NCBI GenBank assembly: GCA_012798435.1
Contig: JAAZNF010000003.1
Span: 2,154-66,153 of the forward strand
DNA length: 64,000 bases
Source of the DNA: Myxococcales bacterium
GTDB lineage: Bacteria; Myxococcota; B64-G9
Direction: 5' to 3'
Numbering within the stretch: the stretch's first letter is position 1; the number at the start of each line of letters is the position of its first letter. The notes below the pieces were generated by a model. That model was not told the origin of the DNA and ran no database searches. It worked only from the letters and a program-made list of their open reading frames with translations. The position numbers and the translations under genes are program-made. Positions 43,901-54,351 of this stretch are shown here, piece by piece.

Positions 43901-46900
43901 TTCTGCAGGCGCTCACCGTACAGCCCGGCCAGGCGCCGGTGCAGAATCAGCGCGATGTTCTTGTCCTCCAGGCCCTCCAGCCGGCCGGCGTAGAAGGCCG
44001 CCAACCCGTTCCAGTCGCCCAGGTCCTCGGCCAGGCGCTCCAGGCCCAGGCGCACCTTCTCGTCCGTGGGATCTTCGGAGAAGGCCCGCCCCAGGGCGGC
44101 GAAGGCCTGGTCCTTGCGTCCCAGGCGCCGGTCCCACAAGGTGGCCAGGCGCAGCAGGTGGCGCTTGCGCTCGGCGGCGTCCTCGCTGACGTCCGCCAGC
44201 ACGTCCAGCGCCTGCGCCAGGTGCGCGTGATCTCCGGTGGCCTCCAGGTGCTCGGCCATCAGGCGCGCGGCCAGCGGCCGCACCTCGCCGCTGTCGAACA
44301 TGGCGCACAGTTCCGCCAGCGCCTCGGGATGATTGGCCTGCCGCTTGAGCACCTCGCCCAGCGAGGCCACCGCAAGCTCCGGCTTCCCCAGATGGTAGCG
44401 CTGCAGCCGGGCCAGCCGCAGGAACAATGGCAGAAGCTCGCTCTCCGGCGAGCGCTCCAGCTCGAAACGTAGCACCTCGGCCAGCTCCTCGAAGCGGCCC
44501 TGGCGCTCCAGCAGCCGGTCCAAGAGCTTCACCACCGCCATGTCGTTGGGGTCCTCGGCCAGGATCTCCCGGTAGGCCTCGATGGCCCCGTCGTTGTGGC
44601 CCAGCCGCTCCTCCATCAGGCCGGCCACCTCCAGGTACAGGTCCTTGCGCTTCTCCGGGTTCTTCTCCAGCTCGGCCAGGTGGCGCAGCACTCCCACCAG
44701 TTCCTGGAAGGCGCCCCGCTCGCGGAACAGCCGCTCCAGCGCCCGCAGCGCCTCGAGGTCGTCGGGATCGGACGACAGCACCTGGCGCCAATGGGACACC
44801 GCCTCGTCCTTGGCTTGCAGGTGGGACTCGGTGAGCTGGGCCAGGCGCCGCGCCAGGATGGCCCCCGCGGCCGTACCCTGCGCAGAGGAAACGGCCTCCT
44901 CGTACACCCCGGCCAGCTCTTCGAAGGATCCGGTCTCCTGGGCCAGTCGCTCCAGGTCCGCCCGGATGCCTTCGTCGGCCACGTTCTCGCGGAAGGCCCG
45001 CACCGCCACGGCGAAGGCCATCGGCTTCTGTTTCAGCTCCGTCTCGTAGAGCTGCATGATCTGGCGGAACACCTGGAGGCGCTCCCGGCTCTCCCGCCGG
45101 GCGGCCAGGTGCACCTCCAGCACGGCCACCAGCTTCTTGTAGTCGCCGCTGGCCCGGTAGGAGGGCTCCAGCAGGCGGGCGGCCTCGCCCCGGGTGGGCT
45201 CGGCGCCGAGCAGCCGCTCCAGAAACTCCACCACCCGCGGCTCGCCGGGCAGGAGTTGGGCCGCCTCCTGCGCCGCCGCCACGGCCCCCGGGCCATCGTG
45301 CAGGTACTCGAATTGCACCATCCCCAGGCGAAGCAGCAGGTCCACCCGACCGGCCACGTCGGGAGCGGCCTCCCCTACCCCGCCCAGGAGATCGAGCTGG
45401 GCCTGCAGCGCCGCGGCCACTTCCGGCCAGCGCCCGCCCACCGCCAACAACTGTTCCAGGAGCTTGAGCGCTCGCCGATCGCCCGGGTCGAGGTCCAGGA
45501 TCTGGCGGTACACGTCCACCGCGGCGTCGAGATCCTGCACGCCCTCCGACAGGCAGGCCGCCATCTGGAACAAGAGGTCCTTGCGCCGGACCGGATCCTC
45601 GCTGAACTGGACCTGCCGACGGTACACCTCGACCAGGGCCTGGAAGTTGCCGTCCTCGCGGTACAACCGCTCCAGCGCCTCCAGCACCTCGGTGTCGTTC
45701 TCGCGGATCGAGAGGAGTTTCTCCCAGGACTGCCCCGCCTCGGCGCGCCGGTTGAGGTTCTGCTCCAGAATTCGCGCCATCTGCTTGCGCAGCTCGAACG
45801 AGAGATCGGTCCCCACCAGGCGGTCGGCGGCGTCCTGGAACACCTGCAGCAGCTCCTCGAAGAAGCCGTTCTCCACCGCCTGCCGCAGCAGCTCGCGCCG
45901 CACGCCCTCGTCCTGGGGAGACTCGCGGAAGGCTCGCGCGGTGACGTTGAAGGCCAGGGACTTCTCGCCGATCTTCTGCTCGTAGATCTCCCGCAGGCGC
46001 GCGTACAGCTCGAGCCGTTTTGCCGCGTCGGCGGTAGCCGTGAGGTGCAGCTCGAGGATGCCGGCCAATTTCCGCCACTCGGACGCCTGGCGGTAGACAC
46101 CCTCCAGCACCTCGGAGGCCGCCATGCGGGCCCGTTCGTCGCGCAGCAGCCCCTCCAGCGCGGCCACGGCCTCCGGGTGCGCGGGTTTCAGCTCCAGCAC
46201 GCGCGCGTTGATGGCCACCGCCTGGCGCGGATCGGAGAGCCGCTCGGCGTAGATGGCCGCCAGCCGGCTCAGGTAGTCGACCACCGCGGCGGCGTTCTTG
46301 GAGAGCTCGCACAAGCGGGGCAACAGGCGCGCGTCGTCTTCCCAGCGGCCGGTGGCCTGGAACAGCCGATCGAGCTGGCGCAGGGTGGCCAGGTCGTCGG
46401 GGTTCACCGCCAGCACCTGCTGGTAGGCCTGGATGGCGCCTTCCATGTCGGAGAGCTGCTCCTCGCGAATCTGGGCCACCTGGGTGAGCAGATCGCCGCG
46501 CTCCTCCGGGCGGGCGGCCAGCTCGGCCTGGCGGGCCAGCACCCAGGCCAGGTCCTGGAAGGCCTTGTACTCGCGGTAGTAAGCCTCCAGCGAGGCCAGG
46601 GCGGCGCCGTTCTTGGGATCGGCGTCGAGCAGGCGCCGCAGGCTGGTGGCGGCCAGATCGGGGCGGCGCAGCTTGTCCCGGTAGATGCGGGCCAGGTTCT
46701 GCAAGAAGAACACTACCCGGTCTGGGGGCAACTCGTGCGTCAGCGACTCCTCGATGGCCCCGGCCAGCTCCTCCGGCGCGCCGGCCTTGTCGGCCAACCG
46801 CTCCAGGTTGGCCAGCACGTCCTGCCGCCCGGGATCCGAGCGGAACGCCCGCCGCAGCGCGGAGATGGCCCGATCCAGCTGGCCCAGCTGGCGCTCGTAG

Positions 46901-49900
46901 ATCTCGGCCGAGCGCAGCCAGGTGCGCACGCGATCGGCGGCGTCCTCGAGGCTCTCGGCGCGGATCTCCAGCGCCGCCGCCAGCTTGGCCCACTCGTTCT
47001 TGTGCTCGTAGATGGGGATCAGGGTGGCGGCCGAGAGCGGAGCGCTGTCGGGGCGTCCCAGCAAGGCCTCCAACCCCTCGATGGCCCGGGGATCGTCGGG
47101 CCGCTCCGCCAGCACCTTCTGGTAGTCCGCCACCGCGTGGCGGCGCTCCTCCATGCGCTCGGCCCGGACCCGGCCCAGGCGCAACTCGAGCTCAGGAGCC
47201 TCGGCCGGCAACAGCCGGATCTCCTCCTCCAGCACCCGCGCCAGGTCGGGCCAGCGGCCCTCCTTCTCCAACAGCCCGTCCAGCCGCCGCAACACCTCGA
47301 CGTCGTCCGGCACGAGCTGTTGCAAACGCGTGAAACACTCGATGGCCGCCGCCCGGTCGTGCAGCTCGGCATCGGTGATGTCGCCCAGCTCCCGGAGTAG
47401 CGGGACCTGGGCCGCGGCGTCGGGGGTGCTCTCCAGGCGGCTTCGCAGCACCGCGGAGAGTTCGTCGAAGCGGCGCTCGGCCCGGAACACGTCGGAGAGC
47501 GCGGCCAGCGCGCCCTCATCACCCGGCACGCGATCGAGCACCCGTCGGTAGGCCGCCACCGCGTTGGCGCTGCGGTTGAGGCGCTCCCGGTAGAGCTGGC
47601 CGAGCATGCGATTGATGCGGACCTCGAAGTCGGCGTCCTTCACCTTCTGCAGCACGCTCTCCAGCGCGGCGGCCAGGGCCTCCTGCCGCCCGACGTCCTG
47701 CGCCAGGCGCAGCAGCGCCTCCAACAGCTCGGGCCGCTCGGGGGTCTCCATGAAGGCGCGGATGTAGGCGGAGAACGCCGCCTCCGGCTGCGCCAGCTCC
47801 TCCTCGTACACCTGGGCGATGCGTTGATACAGGCGCACCCGCTCCTCGGTGGAGCTGCTGCCCTCCAGGCGCACCTCCAGCATGTCGATGTGCCGGCGCC
47901 AGTCTCCGGCCAGGGCGTAGTACGGCTGCAGGATCTCGGCGATGCGCAGCGGGCTCACCCCGCGGCCTTGCAGGCGCTCCAGGATGCCTACCGTGGTGGG
48001 GGCCAGCTCGTTCTCCAGATGATCGCTGGAGAGCACCTCGTTGCAGAGCTGCAGGGCGCGCTCGGTGTCGCCCAAACGCTGCTCGTAGATGCCGGCCAGG
48101 CGCACCTTGACCCGTTGGATGGCGGCAGGGTCGGCCAGCAGCGACACCACTTTTTCAAGCGCCTTGGCTGCGTTTTCCCAGCGGCTCTCGCGTTCCTCCA
48201 GGTCGGCCAGGCGCAACCAGGCGTCCGCGTCCCGGGGATCGAGCTCCAGGATCTGACGGCAGGTCTCGGCGGCCCGCCCGAAGTCGGCCATGCGGTTCTG
48301 GAAGATGTCGGCAAGCTTGAACAACAGCTCCCGGCGCTTCTCCTTGCCGGTGACCAGCTCCAGCTGGCGCTGGTAGATGCCGACCAGCTCCACGCTGCCG
48401 CCGCTCTCCTTCTGCAGGCGCTCGAGCGCCTCGAGGGCGGAGAGGTTCTTGCCGTCCTCCGCCAGGATCTCCTGGTAGGCGCGGATGGCCTCCGGCGCGT
48501 TGTCCAGCCGGGTCTCGGCGATGGCCGCCAGCATCCCCAGCATCTCCAGGCGGTGTTTGCCCGAGAGCGCGCGGGCGTCCAGCACAGAGCGCATGGAGGA
48601 GGCCAGGTCATGGAAGCGGCCGGTCGTCTCGGCCAGAGACAGGGCCTCCTTGATGGTCTTCTTGCGGGAAGGGTCGACCTGCAGGGCCCGCAGTACCGTC
48701 TCGAAGGCCCGGCCGGGCTCCTTGCGCTCGTCCCGGTGCAGTTCGGTCAGGCGATCCAGTAGGCGCAGGGATTCCTTCTTCTCCTTGGCATGGGCCAGCT
48801 CGATCTCCAGGCACCGTGCCAGCGAATCCGGCTCGCCCTTCTTCTCGTAGATCTTGCCGAGGCTCTGGGCGGCGGCGAGGTTCTGGGGAGAGAGGCGCAG
48901 GATCTCCTCGTACAGCAAGGCGGCGGCCTGGGGATCCTTGAGCTGCTCCATGGTCACCCGGGCGATCTGGAACAAGAGATCGACGCGCTGGAGAGGATCG
49001 GTCTGGCGCTCCACCTGGCTCTTGAGCAGCTCGACCACCTCGGCCCAGCGGCCCTCCTCCTGGAAGGCCTCGATGAGGCAGCCCACCGCGGCGGGGTTGC
49101 CGGGCTCGAGCTGGAGCATGCGGCGGTAGGCCTCGATGGAGGTCTTGCGGTCCTGCAGGTGGACCACCGACAGCATGGCCAGGCGCTCCAGGATCTGAAT
49201 GGCCACGCGCCGGTCCTTGACCTTGCCGGCCATGTCGCTCAGGCGGTCGATGAGCTCCTTGGCCCGCTTGCGCTCGAGGTAGAAGCGCTCCATGAAGAGG
49301 AGCAGGCGCGGGTTGCCCGGCTGAAGCAGCACGCACTTGCCCAGGTTCTCCTCGATCTCGGCGTCGCTGCCGCCATGCAGGAAGGCCAGCTCGGCGATCT
49401 GGCGGTACAGGTGGACCGCGCGGGTCTTGTCGGGCGCCTCGATGGCCTCCACCCGCAGCGCCTTCACCCGGGCCTTCCAGTCGGAGCGGATGGCCTCGAG
49501 CTTGCGCAGCGCCTCCTCGGCCGGGGCGGGCTGGGGCAGCAGCGAGCGCGCCTTCTCCAGGACCTTCTTACAGGTTTCGGCAAACAGCGGCTCCTCCAGC
49601 AAGGCCTCGCCGAAGGCCAGGAAGGCCTTGGCCATGCCCTCGGCGTTCTCGGGGAAGGCAGCCGCCTCGCGCTCCAGAAGCTCGTGGGCGCGCTCGAACC
49701 ACCCCAGCTCGGTGTACAGCTCGCGCAGGGCCGCGTACACCTCCGGCTGGCGCTCGCTGGCGCGCAAGGCATGGCCGAAGGCCACCAGGGCCTTGTCCCG
49801 GCGCTTGAGGGTGTCGCGGTACAGCACCCCGAGCCGGGTGAAGAGCCGGGCGCGCTCCTCGGGCTCGGCGGCGAGCGCGGCCAGGCGTTCCAGCACCTCA

Positions 49901-50232
49901 GCCAGTTTCGGCCACTCGTTGCGGCGCGAGAAGATGTCGGCCAGGCCCTGCAAGGCAACGCGGTGATCCGACTGCGTGCGCAGGATGCCCTCGTAGCACA
50001 GGGTGGCCTTGGCCAGATCCCCCATCTTGTGGTGGTAGATGGCGGCGCACTTCTCGCGCACCGCGCGGGCCGCGTCCGCGTCCACCAGCACGCGCGCCCG
50101 GTCCTCGTAGAGGGTCACCAGGTCGCGCCAGCGATCCTTCCCCTGGAAGATCTCTTCCAGAGCGGTGAACGCCGGTATGTCGGTGGGGTTGGTCTTCAGG
50201 ATCCGCTGGTAGTTCCGGATTTGCTCTTCCAT
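37933..50232 (-). CDS. agmK: Giant TPR gliding motility protein AgmK/GltI-like (~4,099 codons), interrupted by one in-frame TAG at 43372-43374
   Basis: ORFs 43372-50232 and 37933-43329 share a frame and read ...EHLESL*AEGRLFEGAAGLLEVAYE.... TPR repeats are continuous and the gene is adjacent to gltJ. Confidence 0.75.
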
Positions 50233-50428
50233 CGCGCCACACTCTCCCTGTGTCTCCCAGAACCCAGGCCCGCGCCCAAACGCCCTCGCGGCGCCAAGAA
50301 AACCGCGCGCGCGGCTCTGTCGCGAAGAGCCCCGCCGCGACTGATTCCACCCCGGTTGGCTTATATCTCAGCAGTTGCGGAAGATCAAAAAAAATTAGCG
50401 AGTCTGCCGGGATGCGGCCGTTTGCCGG

Positions 50429-51598
50429 TCACTGTGGGGCCAGCTTGTCCGCGTCGAACCGGTCCACCATCTCTTCCACGCGTTCGCGGTCCGCGCGGTG
50501 GACGTAGTTGATAAACGCCGGGATGGCGATAGCCGCTAAGATCCCCAGCGTGAAAGTGCTTCCCATGAGCGCCCGAGGGCCCACCTGGAGGCTGACCCGG
50601 CGCCCCTCGACCCTCACCTCGGACTGGCCCGCCGGTTCTCCCAGGAACTCCTCCATGGTGGCCAGGATGGCCTTGCGGTTTTCGAAGACAGACCTGAAAT
50701 CGGGCGGCATCTGAAGAATCTGACCGAAATCCAACCCGAGGCCAAAGAGAATGTAGGCCCGCCACAGGTTGCGGCCGCCGATGGCTAACTCCTTGAAGCC
50801 CTCGGCGAGCAACCGCAGGTTCTCGGCCACCCGCGCACTGCCGGCCTCGACGTCGAAGGCGAGCCCCGGCCCCAGGGTAAGCACGGCACGCTCTACCTCG
50901 GCCAGCCACCGCATGGGTGCGTCGGCCGGCAAGGTTTCCTTGAGCCACTTTGGCATCACAAAGGACAGCCGCAACAACATCTCCGGCGCCGGCGAGGTCA
51001 GCAGGCGCGGGTGGGTATCCAGCAGGCGCTTGGCCGCGTCTTTGTCGACAGACCCGGCGGGCCGCTCGGTGCTGGAAAGGACCAGGATCCCGTCCGCGGT
51101 GAGTTCCAGAAACGTCTCGTCCTCAAGCTGGAATGCTTCACGGCCCGGCTCGAGCCGTCTGGCAGCGGCAGGCAGGATTTTCCCGAGCGATCCTTTCGGA
51201 AACTTCCCGCGAACCGCGAGCGTGAAATCGGGTTCGGCGTCCGAGGAGAAGCGTATCGCCAGAGCGGCGCGCTCGAGATCGGCGAGCACGTCGATGCCGC
51301 TCTGCTCCTTGATCTGCGCGAGCCGCCCATCGAGCTCCGCGCGCGCCTGTTGGAAGGCCGCACGCAGCGGTGGGTTCTCGGCCACGGCCGGCGTCTTCTC
51401 GAAGCGATCGAGGAGCCCGCGGAAGGTCCGCCCCGCCTCGGCCAGGTCGGCGATGGCCAGCACGTCCGCCTGCGGTGGGAGGCGATCGAGCAGGGGCTGG
51501 AAGGCCTCCAGCGTCTCGGGCGGCGCGCCGCGCCGGGCGCAGGTGCAACAGAAGGCCAGCAGCCACCAGGGAAGGGACAGCCAGCACACGGTCCGCAT
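50429..51598 (-). CDS. Exported/lipoprotein with C-terminal pilin-like hydrophobic helix
   Basis: Signal peptide with Cys (WLLAFCCTC). C-terminal TLGILAAIAIPAFINYVHRA. GAGGAGG RBS. Confidence 0.7.
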   Translation of the reverse strand: MRTVCWLSLPWWLLAFCCTCARRGAPPETLEAFQPLLDRLPPQADVLAIADLAEAGRTFRGLLDRFEKTPAVAENPPLRAAFQQARAELDGRLAQIKEQSGIDVLADLERAALAIRFSSDAEPDFTLAVRGKFPKGSLGKILPAAARRLEPGREAFQLEDETFLELTADGILVLSSTERPAGSVDKDAAKRLLDTHPRLLTSPAPEMLLRLSFVMPKWLKETLPADAPMRWLAEVERAVLTLGPGLAFDVEAGSARVAENLRLLAEGFKELAIGGRNLWRAYILFGLGLDFGQILQMPPDFRSVFENRKAILATMEEFLGEPAGQSEVRVEGRRVSLQVGPRALMGSTFTLGILAAIAIPAFINYVHRADRERVEEMVDRFDADKLAPQ

Positions 51599-51669
51599 GT
51601 GACCTCCTCGGGCTCGCGCGTTCTCGGCGCCGCGCAAGGTACCACAGGCCGTCAGGCGTGTACACACAC

Positions 51670-51706
51670 AAAAAAAACGGCCCCCTCCAGGCGGAGAGGG
51701 CCGTTT
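51670..51706 (-). terminator. Intrinsic terminator
   Basis: The minus strand forms AAACGGCCCUCUCC-GCCU-GGAGGGGGCCGUUU (one G-U pair) ending in a run of 8 U, about 20 nt after the stop at 51729. Confidence 0.85.
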
Positions 51707-51728
51707 CTCTACGGAATCAGCGCTCCGA

Positions 51729-54143
51729 TCAGGGCGCGGCCGCCTCGGTGAACACGAAGGACTTCACCAGCTCGACCAGGTTGGCAATGTTCTTTCCGCT
51801 GCCGAAGCGCACCAGATCGGCGTAGCTCGCGCCATCCACCAGCTTGATGCTGACGAAGTTGGCGTCACCCGCGCGGTCGCCGGCGGCCGGCGCCGCGGGC
51901 AACACGATCTCGGTGTTCGAGGCCGGGACCATGTAGTTCCAGTTCTTGCCATCATCCGAGAAGATGGCCTGCAGGTAGTCCATTCCCTGCGGCAGGTTGG
52001 CCCAGGTGAGCTTGCGCTCGCCGGCGTTCCAGGTGGCCACCGGCGGCGCCGGGAAGGCGTCCAGGTTGATGGTGCTGGTGGTGTTGAACTTGTTGTCGTC
52101 GAAGAAGATCACCTGCCCGGCCAGTTTGGTGCCCGAGCTCTCGCCGGTGATGCCGCCCGCCAGGGCGGAGACGTTCAGCGCCAGCGCCACGGCCACGCGC
52201 TTCACCTGGCCCTCGGGGATGCGGCCGGCCACGTCGGAGACCGACACCGAGATGAGGTCGTTGATCTTGCCGTCGGGCGGGTCGTCCTTGTTCTTGGAAT
52301 CCATGCCCACCGACAGCCCCAGCGGCACCAGCCCGGCGTCCTTCACGATCACGCCGGCCAGGATCACCACCGCATCGTAGGCGTACTTGTCGTCGGCGCC
52401 CTTGACGAAGTCGGCGGCCTTGAAGTTCATCACCTGGTCCATCTTGATGTTGAGCGTCATCTTGCCGCCGGTGGCGATGGACGGGAAGTTGTCGTAGTCC
52501 GCTACCAGGTCCGGGCACTTGCGGGTCTTGCCCGAGGGCAGCGTCTTGCAGGTGAGTTCCTTCGGGTCGCAGTACTGGCCGTCCGGGCAGGCCGCGGCGC
52601 AGTTGCCGCAGTGCTTGGTGCCGTCGTCGCCGTCGTTGTCGTTGATGTCGTTCCAGTCGATGACCTTGTCCTTGAGCTCCACCGGGACATTGGGCACCAG
52701 ACCGGTGTAGAAGTCCGCGAACAGGGGCAGGATGCTGGCGAGCAGCGCGCCCACGTCGATATCTCCGCCGCCGCCCGAGATGATGGGCCCGAGGGTGGAG
52801 ATCAGCGTGTTGAGGTCGAGCTTGCCGCCCAGGCCCCAGGCCACGCGCTTTCCGGGGACGCCGGTCGGCGAGAAGAACTGGCGGAACCAGGTCTGGTTGA
52901 GTCCCAGCACCAGGCCGGCGGGCAACGCCTGGTCGATCTTGTTGGAGCCCAGCTCGATGTGGGTCATCACCATGTCGCCCAGGATGAGGTCGAAGTTGAG
53001 GTTGATGAGGTTGCCAGGGATGCTGGTCCCGGCCAGGCCGAGCTTCACCTCGCAGGTGTGCGGCGGCACGCACTTGATCTGGTTGTAGTCGAACTCGCCG
53101 CGGTAACCGCCCGCCTTGTCGCTGGGGAACAGCTTGCCCATGTGGATCAGCACGTTGTTGGTGGTGACGTTCTCGGCGGTGACGTAGTTGTAGTCGTCCT
53201 TGCTCACGGTGATGGCCAGCGGGTTGGTCCCCGAGGCCTCTACCGCCACGTCGGCGATGCCCTGCGCGTCGGTGACGACCGGCGCCTCGGCGCCCACCAC
53301 CACGCTGGCGCCCGCAACCGGCGTGTTGAACAGCTCGTCGATCACCACCACCCGGGTGTGCCCCTGGGTGACCGCGCCGTAGTTGCTCACCGCGCCGGTG
53401 CACTTGGTGGTGCAGCCGGCCACGGTGGCGGTGATGGTGGCGGCGCCCGACTGGGCTCCGCCGGTCACCAGGCCGTTCGCGTCCACCGAGGCGACGGCGT
53501 TGTTGTCGGAACCCCACTGGAAGGTCACGCCGGGGGCCAGCGCACCCGAGGTCAGGAAGGCCGTGGCCGAGAAGGCGGCGGTGGCGCCCTCCTGGGTGAC
53601 GGCCTTCTCCGGCACCACCGCGCAGGAGGCGATCATGTCGCAGTCGGCCGGGGTGACGCAGTTGCCGTTGTAGCACACCGTGCCGCCGGCGCAGTTGCCG
53701 TCGCGGGTGCAGTGCTTGTAGTCGCACACGCCGTCGGTGCACTTGAGGTTGGCCTTGAACAGCTCGTCCGGGTGCGCCGTGGCGCAGCTGGCGTCGTCGG
53801 TGCAGGGATCGACGCAGGTGCTGGTGAACGGATCGCAGGCCAGGTTGCCGCAGCAGCCCACCGGGTTGGCGGCGCAGGAGGAGCCCTTCTGGATGCAGGT
53901 GCACTCGCAGGCGTAGTTGGCGTTGCAGCGCATCTGGCTGGCCTCGGTGCAGCCGTCCTTGGGCACGCAGTCGGCGGCCACGCAGCACTCGTGGCATTGC
54001 TTGTCGGAGCAGTACTTGGGCAAGGCGGGGTCGGTGCACTTGTCGGTGCTACCGCCGCCGCCGCCGCAGGCAGGCACGGTGAGGGCCAGGCCCAGACCGG
54101 CGACCGCCATGGCAACCAACACCAGGACAAACGCTTTTCTCAT
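51729..54143 (-). CDS. Cys-rich lipoprotein with Ig-like (Big_2) and carboxypeptidase-like domains
   Basis: Lipobox VPAC-GGGGG and Cys-rich N-terminus. Big_2 motif 'FQWGSDNNAVASVDANGLVTG...ATITA'. AAAGGAG RBS. Confidence 0.8.
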   Translation of the reverse strand: MRKAFVLVLVAMAVAGLGLALTVPACGGGGGSTDKCTDPALPKYCSDKQCHECCVAADCVPKDGCTEASQMRCNANYACECTCIQKGSSCAANPVGCCGNLACDPFTSTCVDPCTDDASCATAHPDELFKANLKCTDGVCDYKHCTRDGNCAGGTVCYNGNCVTPADCDMIASCAVVPEKAVTQEGATAAFSATAFLTSGALAPGVTFQWGSDNNAVASVDANGLVTGGAQSGAATITATVAGCTTKCTGAVSNYGAVTQGHTRVVVIDELFNTPVAGASVVVGAEAPVVTDAQGIADVAVEASGTNPLAITVSKDDYNYVTAENVTTNNVLIHMGKLFPSDKAGGYRGEFDYNQIKCVPPHTCEVKLGLAGTSIPGNLINLNFDLILGDMVMTHIELGSNKIDQALPAGLVLGLNQTWFRQFFSPTGVPGKRVAWGLGGKLDLNTLISTLGPIISGGGGDIDVGALLASILPLFADFYTGLVPNVPVELKDKVIDWNDINDNDGDDGTKHCGNCAAACPDGQYCDPKELTCKTLPSGKTRKCPDLVADYDNFPSIATGGKMTLNIKMDQVMNFKAADFVKGADDKYAYDAVVILAGVIVKDAGLVPLGLSVGMDSKNKDDPPDGKINDLISVSVSDVAGRIPEGQVKRVAVALALNVSALAGGITGESSGTKLAGQVIFFDDNKFNTTSTINLDAFPAPPVATWNAGERKLTWANLPQGMDYLQAIFSDDGKNWNYMVPASNTEIVLPAAPAAGDRAGDANFVSIKLVDGASYADLVRFGSGKNIANLVELVKSFVFTEAAAP

Positions 54144-54351
54144 CTGCTCTTCTCCTTTGTTAGGTAGATCTTGCAAACCCCAGTAAAACTCGCGACCTCC
54201 TCCGTACCGGCCTCTATTCCTACGACCAGGCCCCGCCGGATGTCAAGGCTTCGAGATCACCCCTCGACCGGCGCGGAATTCGCAAAAGCGGCGTTTCCGG
54301 CTATAATGACATTGTTCGTTGACTGACGCTTTCGGGCCCAAGGAGCCTCCC

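Noticed and set aside
39553-47400. Very long plus-strand ORFs (1639 aa, 934 aa) opposite agmK, and similar antisense ORFs at 6733-10416, 24180-26978 and 2782-5016
   Set aside because: These are shadow ORFs expected from high-GC codon bias. They have no recognisable motifs and fully overlap well-supported genes.
53985-54015. Possible c-type heme motif near QCHEC in the Cys-rich lipoprotein
   Set aside because: The spacing is C-x4-CH, not CxxCH, and it lies within a disulfide-type Cys-rich module.
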